Shown: piece after piece, positions 29,076-38,851 of the stretch | Numbering within the stretch: the stretch's first letter is position 1 | How the letters are laid out: every line of letters starts with the position of its first letter | Translations under genes and position numbers: made by a program | Notes under the pieces: model-generated | What the model saw: only the letters and a program-made list of their open reading frames with translations | The model's database searches: none | What the model was told of the DNA's origin: nothing | Virus record (IMG/VR): IMGVR_UViG_3300045988_111617 | Direction: 5' to 3' (one strand) | Length of the DNA stretch: 64,000 bases | Source: a virus

Positions 29076-30590
29076 TTATCCCTGAAGTATTGCAGGTATA
29101 ATTGACATTGTTCTTGTAGGGTCAAGAACACAGATTCCAAGAGTTGCCATTCTGTGGAATGTTGCTGAATCCTCATCATGGCTCATATATGGATTACCCA
29201 TCTGACCAGTGAATGGATTTCTAAGACCCCACTCATAGCCCCTGAACTCTGTCTGACCCTTGATAGCACACTTGAAGATATTAGGCTGGTCCATTGTACC
29301 AATGTACATAATGTCATACCTATATGAGTATGCTACACCACCCTCTGGGTGAAGAATCTTGTTTCTTACTGGGTCATCATAGAACGGGTCTACATCAATC
29401 TTAACCCTTACTCCATTAGGAGCCTTATACTCTACAAACTGGAAACCAGCTGAGAGAGCATTCTCATGAAGCTTACTCTGAGTCTTCTGAACTACTCCAA
29501 TAGAGTTATTGTCAAGTACAAACTGTGTCCAACCTGAAACTGTCTTGAGGACTTCTTTGTGGAACTGAATTGCTCCTCTTTCACCAGTCTTGATGACAAA
29601 GTATCTGTCATTGAAATCAAGCTTAGATGCTGAAAGTTCATAAAGAGCATCCTCAATAAGTTTAAGTGAGAAGTGGTTGTAGTACATTGTATTAGCTACT
29701 TCCATCTGCTCAAACAGACCTGCACCAGTCTTGATAGCCTCACCTGACTTACCAAAGTTAAGGTACTCACCATTACTGTTCCTGTTGGAAACACCCCAAG
29801 CAAGTACATTATTCTTTGCTTCTGAGAACTGAAGTTCGAGTTCATAGTCCACATAGTGCATCCACATATTAGTGGTATCCTTAACAAGCTTTCCACCTTC
29901 AGTTTCCTTAGTAATAGGAATACCTACTGCAAGCTTCTTATTAAGCATTGAACCACCAACCTTGTGATGAATTCTAATTGTAGACCACTCATTTCTCATA
30001 GAAACTGGTGAGCTGAATCTGATGTCACCAACCTTTCTTGAGAAACTTCTTTCTACTGGAGCATAACCAATGGAGAACCTTTCTCCTGCAAGAAGTCTTT
30101 CTGCTGGTACACCCTTAGAATTAGTACCAAAGACCTCTACCTTATAAACTGCATTAGTTCCCTCAAACCTTGCTTCACCAAGAACCCTAAGTGGATATGC
30201 CTCATTGTAGTTACCCCAAAGGATTTCTCCATCAGCAAACCAATCTTCTGGGAATACAAGATAGAATGGAGCATAACCAGCACCTACAGGTGCATCTGTA
30301 TCCTTTACAACATCTCCATTCTCATTCCTTGCTTCAACAAGTGGAATGTTTCTCCTTGAAGAACCAATCACATCCCAGTAATATTCATTGTCATCATCAA
30401 ACTCCCTTGTTGGGAACTGATTGAGGAATGTGTCAAGGGTCTTACCTCTGTAGTAGGCAAGCAGCTGCACCATAAGGTTTGTAGCCTTCTGAGGTGCTAA
30501 CTGGAAGATTTGTCCAAGGTGGTTTTCCTTGGTTGTACCCTTCCAGTGCTGGAAGCCTAACATCTGAAATTTACCAAGCTTTCCTGCCAT
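29076..30590 (-). CDS. Putative major capsid protein (HK97-fold, crAss-like MCP size class, 504 aa)
   Basis: ATG start; ~500 aa; directly follows an acidic scaffold-like gene; insulated by terminators on both sides. Assignment is by context and size, not homology. Confidence 0.5.
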   Translation of the reverse strand: MAGKLGKFQMLGFQHWKGTTKENHLGQIFQLAPQKATNLMVQLLAYYRGKTLDTFLNQFPTREFDDDNEYYWDVIGSSRRNIPLVEARNENGDVVKDTDAPVGAGYAPFYLVFPEDWFADGEILWGNYNEAYPLRVLGEARFEGTNAVYKVEVFGTNSKGVPAERLLAGERFSIGYAPVERSFSRKVGDIRFSSPVSMRNEWSTIRIHHKVGGSMLNKKLAVGIPITKETEGGKLVKDTTNMWMHYVDYELELQFSEAKNNVLAWGVSNRNSNGEYLNFGKSGEAIKTGAGLFEQMEVANTMYYNHFSLKLIEDALYELSASKLDFNDRYFVIKTGERGAIQFHKEVLKTVSGWTQFVLDNNSIGVVQKTQSKLHENALSAGFQFVEYKAPNGVRVKIDVDPFYDDPVRNKILHPEGGVAYSYRYDIMYIGTMDQPNIFKCAIKGQTEFRGYEWGLRNPFTGQMGNPYMSHDEDSATFHRMATLGICVLDPTRTMSIIPAILQG

Positions 30591-30628
30591 AAATTTTTAT
30601 GTTATTGTTGTTAATTCAGAATAGGAGG

Positions 30629-31774
30629 TTAGACATCAAGATGCCAGCCCTTGCCCACATAAGACTCAGGGTCTTCATCAACTCCAGTTGCAAACTTCAG
30701 ATTACCATCTGAGGTTCTTGCAGTATTGTTGATAGTGGTTTCAAGCTCTCTCAATCCCTTCCTCACTTCCTTCTTTACTTTTCCTTTAATAAGCCCATCA
30801 AGGTTCTTGAAGCCATCAGTAAGAGTGTATATGAGACCTACATTCTTAAGAAAATCAAGTCTATTATCCATCTCATACTTCTGTAATGCTGTGAAGAGTT
30901 CCCCTGTTTCAGGGTCCTTATAGACAGGCTTACTTACATTATCAAAGACCTTCTGTCTTGTAGCCTTGTCAATCTGGAGCTCTCCAAATACTTTCTCCTC
31001 TTCAAGTATGTTCTTCTTGAGAGTTTCAGCATCCTTCTTTCTCTCCTCAATCTCCTTTTCCTCTTCTTTCTTAGCCTCCTCTACTATAGAGTCATAAGAG
31101 CTCTTGAAGAACTCCTTATTGCTCTTTAGAGACTCTTTGGCATCTTCTATATCAGTGCCTGCATCAAAAGACTTCTTTACCTCCCTTTGAGCTCTTTCTT
31201 TAGAGTAACCTCTATTGATGAAGTCATTATAGATGAGCTGTCTTCTTAACTGTTCACCCTGCTCTGACTCATCTGAGATATTCTCATCCTTGATTGAATC
31301 AAGATAGTTGAGTGTTCTCTCATACTTTTGGACTTCAGAAGGTTCAATTCCAGCATTTAATGCTTCATCAATCCTCTTCTGTCTTTCATCAAATTGGGCA
31401 GAAACTTCATCTCTTATAGCCTGGGCAAAGGACTCTGCATCCTTTATCTCCTTGGCTTTATCATTATCAAGGTTCTGGAAGATACCATCTTCTTTCAAGG
31501 CACTGGCAATGGAAGAGTAGAAGTTGGTTTTGGGAGAAGTACCAGTCCCATCTGGGGAGGTATCTTCCTTTCCTTGCTTATCTTCTTTTCCACTACCTAC
31601 GCTCTCTGATTCAAATAAATCTTCTGCATCTACTTGAACCTCAGTAGTTTCATTATTTTTATTATCATCCTCCGTTGGTTCAGGTGGAGTTTCCTGTGTC
31701 TTACTTCCCTCCTCATCAAAGAGATTATCCATCTCTTCTGGGCTGAGGATGTTACTTAAATCGAGTTCTTCCAT
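30629..31774 (-). CDS. Putative scaffolding protein (381 aa, highly acidic N-terminus, charged helical/coiled-coil body)
   Basis: Composition and position immediately upstream of the putative MCP. Confidence 0.4.
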   Translation of the reverse strand: MEELDLSNILSPEEMDNLFDEEGSKTQETPPEPTEDDNKNNETTEVQVDAEDLFESESVGSGKEDKQGKEDTSPDGTGTSPKTNFYSSIASALKEDGIFQNLDNDKAKEIKDAESFAQAIRDEVSAQFDERQKRIDEALNAGIEPSEVQKYERTLNYLDSIKDENISDESEQGEQLRRQLIYNDFINRGYSKERAQREVKKSFDAGTDIEDAKESLKSNKEFFKSSYDSIVEEAKKEEEKEIEERKKDAETLKKNILEEEKVFGELQIDKATRQKVFDNVSKPVYKDPETGELFTALQKYEMDNRLDFLKNVGLIYTLTDGFKNLDGLIKGKVKKEVRKGLRELETTINNTARTSDGNLKFATGVDEDPESYVGKGWHLDV

Positions 31775-31798
31775 ATTATCTTCTCCTTAAACTTCATG

Positions 31799-31806
31799 CA
31801 AAGATA
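31799..31806 (-). promoter_or_regulatory. Candidate -7 box TATCTTTG (TAnnTTTG) for the scaffold/MCP unit
   Basis: Follows terminator 31823-31856; ends about 25 nt before the ATG at 31774. Confidence 0.3.
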
Positions 31807-31822
31807 TATACAAAAAATGTAA

Positions 31823-31856
31823 TAGGCAATAAGGAAAATGTTTTTCTTATTGCCTA
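31823..31856 (-). terminator. Terminator between the lysis-like cassette and the scaffold/MCP unit
   Basis: 11-bp stem TAGGCAATAAG/CTTATTGCCTA, then TTACATTTTTTG on the - strand. Confidence 0.6.
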
Positions 31857-31927
31857 TAAACTTTTTCACTTAGAGTAATACTACTTACCCTTCTTTCCCT
31901 TACCTTTACTTTTCTTGCAAGCCATAA

Positions 31928-32482
31928 TTAAACAATTTCAAGTTCTATATTATTACCTTTCATCTTATTGTAGAGTTCAGCAAATACCTTCTTACCATTC
32001 ATAAGATATTCTTCTGCTGAAAGGTTGCCTACTCCTATGCATCCCTGTACCAAGGAATCTCTCTTTGGACCATCTGCAACATGAATAAGAACTCCATCAT
32101 ATCCTTTTACATCAATAAGTCTTGGAAGTTTGCCTTTACATGTTTCCATATAGAAGGGATACTGTGAAAACTTGGGACTTACTACATCCAAGGTGACTTT
32201 ATATATCCCTTTTGGTATGGCGGTTTTGCCAGGTATCTTCAATAACTGTATCTGACCAATGCTCATGTCCTGTGTTAGGCCCCTGTCCTTATCCTCCAGA
32301 GTATCACAGAAATAGACTCCATCTACATACAGCTTACCTAAAGTGTAGCTATTCCTTGTTATAGTTCTCTTTATAGTTAGTTTCATCAGTGTCAAAATCC
32401 AATAGTTTGAACAAATCATCAAGCTCTGTGTCACTATAAGGACATCTGTTCTTGCAGGATTCAACTGTACAGATTTTACCAA
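31928..32482 (-). CDS. Putative cell-wall hydrolase with an L,D-transpeptidase-like (YkuD-type) His...GCIG active-site pattern; start may be internal (Met at about 32386) given overlap with the upstream gene
   Basis: C-terminal LIHVADGPKRDSLVQGCIGVGN resembles the His / S-x-GC(I/V) catalytic arrangement; adjacent to two membrane-protein genes. Confidence 0.35.
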   Translation of the reverse strand: MVKSVQLNPARTDVLIVTQSLMICSNYWILTLMKLTIKRTITRNSYTLGKLYVDGVYFCDTLEDKDRGLTQDMSIGQIQLLKIPGKTAIPKGIYKVTLDVVSPKFSQYPFYMETCKGKLPRLIDVKGYDGVLIHVADGPKRDSLVQGCIGVGNLSAEEYLMNGKKVFAELYNKMKGNNIELEIV

Positions 32483-32741
32483 TCATCTTGATGACTACAC
32501 TCTTAAGTCTCATAACTTCAGCCTTATTCTTGTCTACAATCTTTGAATATAAATCAAGTTTTCTGCCAAGGTCTTTAACCATGTCCTGATATATATCTAA
32601 AGATGCCTGCATATTGGATATCTGTGTACTAGCTACTTCCGCATTATACTTCTTCTTTGAGAATAGAAAAGTAAAAAATGCAGAGCAGAATGTAGTCACA
32701 GTACCTATACCTGCTGTAACCAATATTCCTAAGTCCATCAC
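32349..32741 (-). CDS. 130-aa membrane protein (N-terminal TM helix); holin-like candidate
   Basis: N-terminal hydrophobic segment then charged tail; overlaps neighbours. Confidence 0.4.
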   Translation of the reverse strand: MMDLGILVTAGIGTVTTFCSAFFTFLFSKKKYNAEVASTQISNMQASLDIYQDMVKDLGRKLDLYSKIVDKNKAEVMRLKSVVIKMIGKICTVESCKNRCPYSDTELDDLFKLLDFDTDETNYKENYNKE

Positions 32742-33373
32742 TCAATAATCTTTATATATTTTTCCTGTTTATTTATTATATAAGGACTCTTCTCAATTAC
32801 TTCTGTCTCAATCACCTTATGTTTCTTTTGAAACAGTCTTCCCAACCAACACTTTTTAGGAGGTTTAATAGTCTCTTTCCTCAAACTTTGTACTACATAC
32901 CTCTCTGATATGAACTTGGGAGAGGCAATTACAGTAGACGGATATTCAAGGTTTAGATTAAGAGAATACCATTTATCTCTTAAAGTAGTATCTATTTTAA
33001 GTTCTGGATTTCTGAAAAGAGTATCTCTGAATATCAAGGTATCAGTCTTCTTGGCTTCAGATAATTGATATTCAAGTTCTTTTATGTTCTTGTCTTTAAT
33101 TTTAAGTTTCTTTCTGACTTCATTCATCTTCACAATGATGGAGTCATTAATATAGTTTAATTGTTCTACTGTAAGCTGTAATGTTCTTCCCTTATTATTA
33201 AGGGAATCATTGTCAGCAAACAAAGCCTTCTCATTGGCTATGCTTATTGACAAATCTTCCTTCAAACTATCTATTCTTGAAGACTGGAGTGATATAACAC
33301 CAATCATACCAAGTATAAGAGCAACTACTCCTATATATATCCAACTCTTAAGTTTCATATCTTTTTCCTCCAA
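32738..33373 (-). CDS. 211-aa type II membrane protein with coiled-coil periplasmic part; spanin-like candidate
   Basis: N-terminal TM (SWIYIGVVALILGMIGVISL) followed by long charged helices. Confidence 0.4.
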   Translation of the reverse strand: MEEKDMKLKSWIYIGVVALILGMIGVISLQSSRIDSLKEDLSISIANEKALFADNDSLNNKGRTLQLTVEQLNYINDSIIVKMNEVRKKLKIKDKNIKELEYQLSEAKKTDTLIFRDTLFRNPELKIDTTLRDKWYSLNLNLEYPSTVIASPKFISERYVVQSLRKETIKPPKKCWLGRLFQKKHKVIETEVIEKSPYIINKQEKYIKIIE

Positions 33374-33405
33374 TAGGCAAAAATAAGAAGTATAAATAAA
33401 AAAAG

Positions 33406-33436
33406 CAAGAGGTTAAGTAGAACACTTAACCTCTTG
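33406..33436 (-). terminator. Strong terminator after the BACON-protein array
   Basis: 13-bp stem CAAGAGGTTAAGT/ACTTAACCTCTTG, then CTTTTTTTATTTAT on the - strand. Confidence 0.7.
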
Positions 33437-33458
33437 TTAATTTTATTCTAATCTATGA

Positions 33459-35123
33459 TTAGGACAGTGTCCAAGAATCATTAGATGTGATAGTCAATGT
33501 CTTAGTCTCACCAGCTGCAATGAATGACAATGTATCAGGAGAGAGGTCAAGAGTTGAGTTAGAACCCTGCTGGTTGAATGTGATGTCCTTAGTAGCAGTC
33601 TTACCACCTTCACCCTCAGCTGAGATTGTAACAACAAAGCCCTCTCTTGGAGCAGTTGTAGGGTTAAGATTAACAGTAACCTTACCTGCATTAGTATCAA
33701 GTGAGAAGCCTTCCTTAGCAGTCTTAACTGCATATTCAGCAGAGAGCTGTACCTTGTTATCTGCTGGAGTAGCCTCAGTCCTTGTAGCACCTGAAGTGTA
33801 AGTAACTGTCTGCTTCAAAGCAGGAACAATAGCATAAGTCTCACCTGGAGCAGCAAGAGATACTGGAGTAGCCTGACCAATAGTTACTGCACCATAAGTT
33901 GCAGTGTTAGCTGCCTGATATATAGTGAGTGTCTTAGTAGCTTTCTTACCACCAGCACCTGTTGCAGTAATTGTAATGACACCTGCTTCAGTCTTTGCAG
34001 AAACTGCCGTACCCTTAGAAGCCGCTGTAACAGCTGCACTATAAGTGATAGCAATAGGGTCAAATGTTGGATTGGTAGAACCCTCAACATCCGTAATACC
34101 AACTTTTGCTCCAGAAGTATAAGTAATAACCTGTGCTGCTATTGAGCCCTCATCAGACCAAATAATATCACTTCCTTCAACTGTACCTCCTGCGGCAGGA
34201 ATATCATTAGCTGAAGGTACTCTTCTAGAAATATTAATCTCACCGTACGTAGCAGTATTAGCAGCCTGGCTAACAGTCTGTGCTTTATATACAGCAGAAG
34301 ATTTACCATTGAGAGTAACCTTAGCTGTCACTGATGCTACCTCAGTAACTTCAGATACAGTAGTACCCTTAGAAGTAGCAGTTACAACACCTGTACTCGT
34401 ATTAGTGGCACCTTCAAATTTAAATGTAGTTCCTGAAATAGGAGCCGCAAGAGTACCTGAAAGTGTGCCTCCATTTGTAGTAGAGTTATTCCATCCCCAA
34501 GCCTGTGAGTAAGAAAGGGTAGGTGTCTTGCTGCCACCTGATGCTGGGATATTTCCAGCAGGGTAGCTGAATGCAGAAATAACAGGAGCAGCATAGCTCT
34601 TAACACCTGCTGCCTGATTGATAGTAAGCTCACCTGAAGTTACATCAGCATTTGCATTCTTAACTGCAAACTTAGCAACTAATGCAGATGTTGATTTATT
34701 CTCTGGAACAATTACAGTAAGAGTAAAGTCATATATTGCAGATGCACCTGGGTCACCATCCACAACAGTATCTTTACTACCATCCCAGGATGCATCAGCT
34801 ACTCCTGCTACAGCAAGCTCGTAAACAAGACCTGGAATACTAGAAGTCCCTGCTACAATGCTAAGATTAGCAGAGTTAGATTTACCCTGAATAGTAACAC
34901 TTTGACCTACTTTATCCGCAGAATAAGTCTTTGTTGCAATAGTAATTACCTCAGCAGCACCTACCTGAGTTACAGCTGTAGTATCACCAGCTCCACCTGC
35001 TGTTGTACCAGTAATAGTACCCTCTCTGGCAACTCTACCCGTATAGGCAGCAGCAGTGATTTTACTTGAGCCATTCATGGAACCTTCAGCGGTTTCAATT
35101 GTAATCCATTTTGGTTTAGCCAT
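33459..35123 (-). CDS. 554-aa BACON-domain protein, Thr/Ala/Gly-rich Ig-like repeats; paralog family with N-terminus MAKPKWIT
   Basis: N-terminal WIT..G..G....ITA...R.GTIT pattern typical of BACON; low-complexity beta-rich body. Confidence 0.65.
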   Translation of the reverse strand: MAKPKWITIETAEGSMNGSSKITAAAYTGRVAREGTITGTTAGGAGDTTAVTQVGAAEVITIATKTYSADKVGQSVTIQGKSNSANLSIVAGTSSIPGLVYELAVAGVADASWDGSKDTVVDGDPGASAIYDFTLTVIVPENKSTSALVAKFAVKNANADVTSGELTINQAAGVKSYAAPVISAFSYPAGNIPASGGSKTPTLSYSQAWGWNNSTTNGGTLSGTLAAPISGTTFKFEGATNTSTGVVTATSKGTTVSEVTEVASVTAKVTLNGKSSAVYKAQTVSQAANTATYGEINISRRVPSANDIPAAGGTVEGSDIIWSDEGSIAAQVITYTSGAKVGITDVEGSTNPTFDPIAITYSAAVTAASKGTAVSAKTEAGVITITATGAGGKKATKTLTIYQAANTATYGAVTIGQATPVSLAAPGETYAIVPALKQTVTYTSGATRTEATPADNKVQLSAEYAVKTAKEGFSLDTNAGKVTVNLNPTTAPREGFVVTISAEGEGGKTATKDITFNQQGSNSTLDLSPDTLSFIAAGETKTLTITSNDSWTLS

Positions 35124-35228
35124 AAAAATTAAATTTAATTTAAATGTTTTTAAATAGTTAATAAGTTTTTAACCTTATTAACTATTTGTTGTATTTATGT
35201 ATTAAGAAATGTATTGTTTCAAACAATT

Positions 35229-36299
35229 TTATAAAATAGAATTGAAAGTCAATGTAGGATAATTTGATGAAATCTTTAGGGTTTGACTAGTAGTTGTCTT
35301 CCTAAGAGGAATTCCTTCTGTATTTTCAAAATAAATATATCCTCCACTTTCATGTTTTGTGAATGTCATACCATTTATGACAAGATTCTTGTTCAGAGTT
35401 GCATAAATAACATAATCATAACATTTTATAGTAAATCTACACAAAGCCACGGTTGACCACTCTTTAGCCCACTTGAACTGTGAACCCATGATATTTTCAA
35501 CCACCATAGGACAACTCAAGCTCTGTCTAGACCCAGCTCCAAGAGTAAATCTTCCAACCCTAATGTTATTCATTGAAATATCATTATTCAATCTCTGACC
35601 ATCAGGATAGAGGTCTGCAAATACATTAAAGGTGACCTCTGATATTGAAGCAGAATCAAGTGTTTCTTTTGTAATAGAAGCTGATAAGAGACTCACAGAT
35701 GGAAGACTCCAAGAGCAAGTAGGTTCACTCGGTGCAACAAGGCTTTCAGCGGAAATCACTTCATTTAATCCGTTAAATGCGTTTTGAATCTTAGCAGCTA
35801 CAAGTTGTGAAACATAATCTTTGTCATCTGGGTCATTAACCAACAAAAGTGGAACCCAGTCTATTGTTGGGTCATTAGATGATGTTATACCGAAATATAA
35901 TTCTGTTGAGTTAAGACTATTAAGCGTTTCAAGGTTTGTGTTTAAGTCAAACTCACTCATATACTCTATATTCACAACAAGAGTGCTGGCATTAATAGAC
36001 TCTATCTTGCCAAACTCCCCATAAGAATAACTAGGGGAAACATCATCATCTGCAAAATAAAGAGACTGACCCACGCGTTTCTGTGGAATCTCCCCTCCAG
36101 TATATTCAAATGTAATCTTACCTTTGGTTGCTTTCCCTGCCTGAGTTACTTGTATTTCGTGTGTTAACCCACTAAGTGACTTTACAGTTACTATTCCACT
36201 CCTTGAAGAAGTTGATGTATTTTGTGCAAGAGTGATGTTAAATATTCCTGCTCCTGTACCACTTGAAGGATTAACTGTTATCCAATTTGGTTTAGCCAT
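35229..36299 (-). CDS. 356-aa BACON-domain protein (N-terminus MAKPNWIT)
   Basis: N-terminal BACON-like segment ending VQVTQAG; paralogous start to neighbours. Confidence 0.65.
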   Translation of the reverse strand: MAKPNWITVNPSSGTGAGIFNITLAQNTSTSSRSGIVTVKSLSGLTHEIQVTQAGKATKGKITFEYTGGEIPQKRVGQSLYFADDDVSPSYSYGEFGKIESINASTLVVNIEYMSEFDLNTNLETLNSLNSTELYFGITSSNDPTIDWVPLLLVNDPDDKDYVSQLVAAKIQNAFNGLNEVISAESLVAPSEPTCSWSLPSVSLLSASITKETLDSASISEVTFNVFADLYPDGQRLNNDISMNNIRVGRFTLGAGSRQSLSCPMVVENIMGSQFKWAKEWSTVALCRFTIKCYDYVIYATLNKNLVINGMTFTKHESGGYIYFENTEGIPLRKTTTSQTLKISSNYPTLTFNSIL

Positions 36300-36314
36300 A
36301 ATATCTTATTTTAT

Positions 36315-36965
36315 TTATTCTACATTCCATGTTACAAATGGTTGTGTTTTCACAGAAACACTGGAAGTTTGTCCATCTGCTGGTGCTGAAATAGATGATG
36401 TATCTACTACAAGACCTTCCTCTATACATGTACAACTACTGTCATCCTTAGATACATAAACATCTCCTTTACCTGCAACTGAAGTGGCAGTTATTGTGTT
36501 AAATGATAATGCTGTTTTACTATTAGCTTTAAAAGGAGTAGTAAAGATTTTGCCCAAAGCTTTAACTATGGTTGAGCCTTTTGTTATAGTAGCTGATAAT
36601 ACTAAGTCAGAACTGCCGTCAGGAAATTGAAGAGGAAGCCCATCATTTAATAACTTAACTCTAATTTCATAACTTGAATCTTCATCCTCTGCCTTATCAC
36701 TCCTAAAAGCATACATACAAGAAGATATTTTGAATAAACTTCCTTCCTGTACTCCTGTAAAAACTACAGTCAATTTGTAGGTAACTGCTCCATATTGTAG
36801 CACCTTTACTTGTTTAGAAGTGCTTCCATTTCCTGAACTCACTGTTATTGTACCTTCTCTACAATATCTTTGAGTGTTAGATTGTGCTTCAACAGATATA
36901 GTGTCATTACCTGAACCTGAATTTTTACTTAATGTAATCCAATCTGGTTTTGCCATTTTATTCAT
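36315..36965 (-). CDS. 216-aa BACON-domain protein (N-terminus MNKMAKPDWIT)
   Basis: BACON-like N-terminus ending VKVLQYG. Confidence 0.65.
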   Translation of the reverse strand: MNKMAKPDWITLSKNSGSGNDTISVEAQSNTQRYCREGTITVSSGNGSTSKQVKVLQYGAVTYKLTVVFTGVQEGSLFKISSCMYAFRSDKAEDEDSSYEIRVKLLNDGLPLQFPDGSSDLVLSATITKGSTIVKALGKIFTTPFKANSKTALSFNTITATSVAGKGDVYVSKDDSSCTCIEEGLVVDTSSISAPADGQTSSVSVKTQPFVTWNVE

Positions 36966-36970
36966 ATTTT

Positions 36971-36999
36971 TAACAAGGGAGATTAAAACTCTCCCTTGT
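36971..36999 (-). other. Perfect 10-bp hairpin (ACAAGGGAGA/TCTCCCTTGT, loop 7 nt) in the 51-nt gap between two BACON-family genes; no U-tract
   Basis: Read directly from sequence. Confidence 0.5.
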
Positions 37000-37015
37000 A
37001 AGTTACTATCAATTA

Positions 37016-38248
37016 TTAATCAATATTCCAAGAAGTATTAGATTCAATTTGTAAAGTCTTTGATTCTCCACCAGAGGTAAATTCCATATAATTAGGATTA
37101 ATATCCACAAATTTCTCTACTTCAAGAATGACATTTTTAGTTTCAGTTTGAACTATTTTATACTTTTCTGTATAAGTCTTATATCCCTTCTTAGATACTT
37201 TAATACTAACATCAGTATTATAATCTGCTGTAATGGAGTTTTTAACTTCCCCATTTAATTCTACAACAGCATCTGTTGGAGTAGGATTTATAGTGAGAGT
37301 ATATTTATTTGCAACAAGAGTTACATCTACTACAGTATCCTCATTTACTGTTTGAGTGCCATTCTTAGATTCATAATGAGGAGCTTCTACAGACCAAGTA
37401 ACTTCTGAGTTTTTATCAATAACAATTGAATTAGTAGTTTCTCCGTTTATAGTTACAACTGCATCTAGTGGAGAAATTACATTTACAACAAAGTTAATTT
37501 TATTTTCTCCTATTACATCTAGAGATACTTGCATTGAAGTACTTTCTGTAACAATTATACTACCACTTTTTTTTATATAGCCACTTTTAGATACTTCCCA
37601 AGTTACTACTGAGCCTTTATCTACTGTAATAGATTTTCTAGCAACTCCATTAAGTCTAACTGTACAATCATTAGGAATTGGACTTACAGTAAATGTTGCT
37701 TGTTCTCTATTAAGTTCAGGTTTAAGGGTTATATCTTTATCTACCAAAATAAACTCTTCATAAGTTACATATCCCTCAGCCTGTACTTTAACATTGACTG
37801 TAGAACCATTAACAATCTGTAAAGAACTTTGCTTTATGCCATTTATAAATACAGTTGCATTAGGAGTAACTGGTATTACAGTGAGTGTATATTTAGTAGT
37901 TAATGTACTTAATACTCTATTGATATCATCTAAACTTTTATCAATACTATCAAAGTGTATATTAGTTTTCCTTATAAATGCTCTCAATAAAGTATTGATA
38001 TCCATTACTTTTTCTTCAAGAATTTCTATTCTATGAAGTGCATCTCCAATATCTCCATTTATATTTTGCCTTACAAATGTATAAAGTTGGTCTAAGGTCA
38101 TCGACCTATTTTTTCCATCCTTTACAAAGGCTATAAAGTCTTTCTTACTAATAGATGTCCAATCATCCAGAGGTTTAAAATCTGAATCTCTTTTACACAT
38201 TGCAGAAAGCTTTTTTGATATCTCTTGTATTTGTTGTAATGTAAACAT
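37016..38248 (-). CDS. 410-aa protein with four PEGA-like beta-sandwich repeats and a C-terminal BACON-like half segment (ESKTLQIESNTSWNID)
   Basis: Repeats TPNATVFINGI / PNDCTVRLNGV / PLDAVVTINGE / PTDAVVELNGE spaced about 70 aa apart. Confidence 0.6.
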   Translation of the reverse strand: MFTLQQIQEISKKLSAMCKRDSDFKPLDDWTSISKKDFIAFVKDGKNRSMTLDQLYTFVRQNINGDIGDALHRIEILEEKVMDINTLLRAFIRKTNIHFDSIDKSLDDINRVLSTLTTKYTLTVIPVTPNATVFINGIKQSSLQIVNGSTVNVKVQAEGYVTYEEFILVDKDITLKPELNREQATFTVSPIPNDCTVRLNGVARKSITVDKGSVVTWEVSKSGYIKKSGSIIVTESTSMQVSLDVIGENKINFVVNVISPLDAVVTINGETTNSIVIDKNSEVTWSVEAPHYESKNGTQTVNEDTVVDVTLVANKYTLTINPTPTDAVVELNGEVKNSITADYNTDVSIKVSKKGYKTYTEKYKIVQTETKNVILEVEKFVDINPNYMEFTSGGESKTLQIESNTSWNID

Positions 38249-38404
38249 TCTATTCTTGTTTATAAGTTACTTGCAATGTCCAACTATCATTAGATTCAAC
38301 AAGGAGAGTTTTAGATTCATCTTCTTGTGTGTTGTAATTTAAAGATTCTGGAAGAAGCCTAATATAAGAAGTGGAATTATTCTTTAATAGGTTTCTAAAC
38401 ATGC

Positions 38405-38851
38405 TCATTTGAAAATCCCCCAAACAGCTAAATTATTCAAAACACTTACAACTATTACAGAATTTGCTTCTGAAACTGGACTTTTGCCATCCTGCCATTT
38501 AATGGTAGAATCTCCAATTACTTTATGTACAGTCTCTCCTATTGTAATATAATAAATCACTTCATTAGTGAGAGAAGGATTAGAAGTTATCATATAATCC
38601 TCTGTAAGGGTAGGTACTTCATGATAAGTAACTCCTCCACCAAACAATCTCCACTTTCCAGTAATAGCATCTACTGAATTATTTGGGTCATACTTATATG
38701 TATTTCTATCTTCTTCACAAAATGAAATATGTCCAGGGTCTAATGCAGATTCTTTAAAAGCTTTCATAGCTTCTAAAGTAGGAAAAGAATCTCTGGTAAA
38801 ATTAGAAAGTCTTCCCTCATATTTTATATTAGATGCAAATTGTACTGCCAT
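38405..38851 (-). CDS. 148-aa hypothetical protein
   Basis: ORF, abuts next gene. Confidence 0.55.
   Translation of the reverse strand: MAVQFASNIKYEGRLSNFTRDSFPTLEAMKAFKESALDPGHISFCEEDRNTYKYDPNNSVDAITGKWRLFGGGVTYHEVPTLTEDYMITSNPSLTNEVIYYITIGETVHKVIGDSTIKWQDGKSPVSEANSVIVVSVLNNLAVWGIFK

Noticed and set aside
36297-37018. Simple stop-codon readthrough or -1/+1 frameshift fusing adjacent BACON-family genes
   Set aside because: Two stop codons plus a frame change at the first junction, and two in-frame stops at the second; kept only as a gene-fission/complementation hypothesis.
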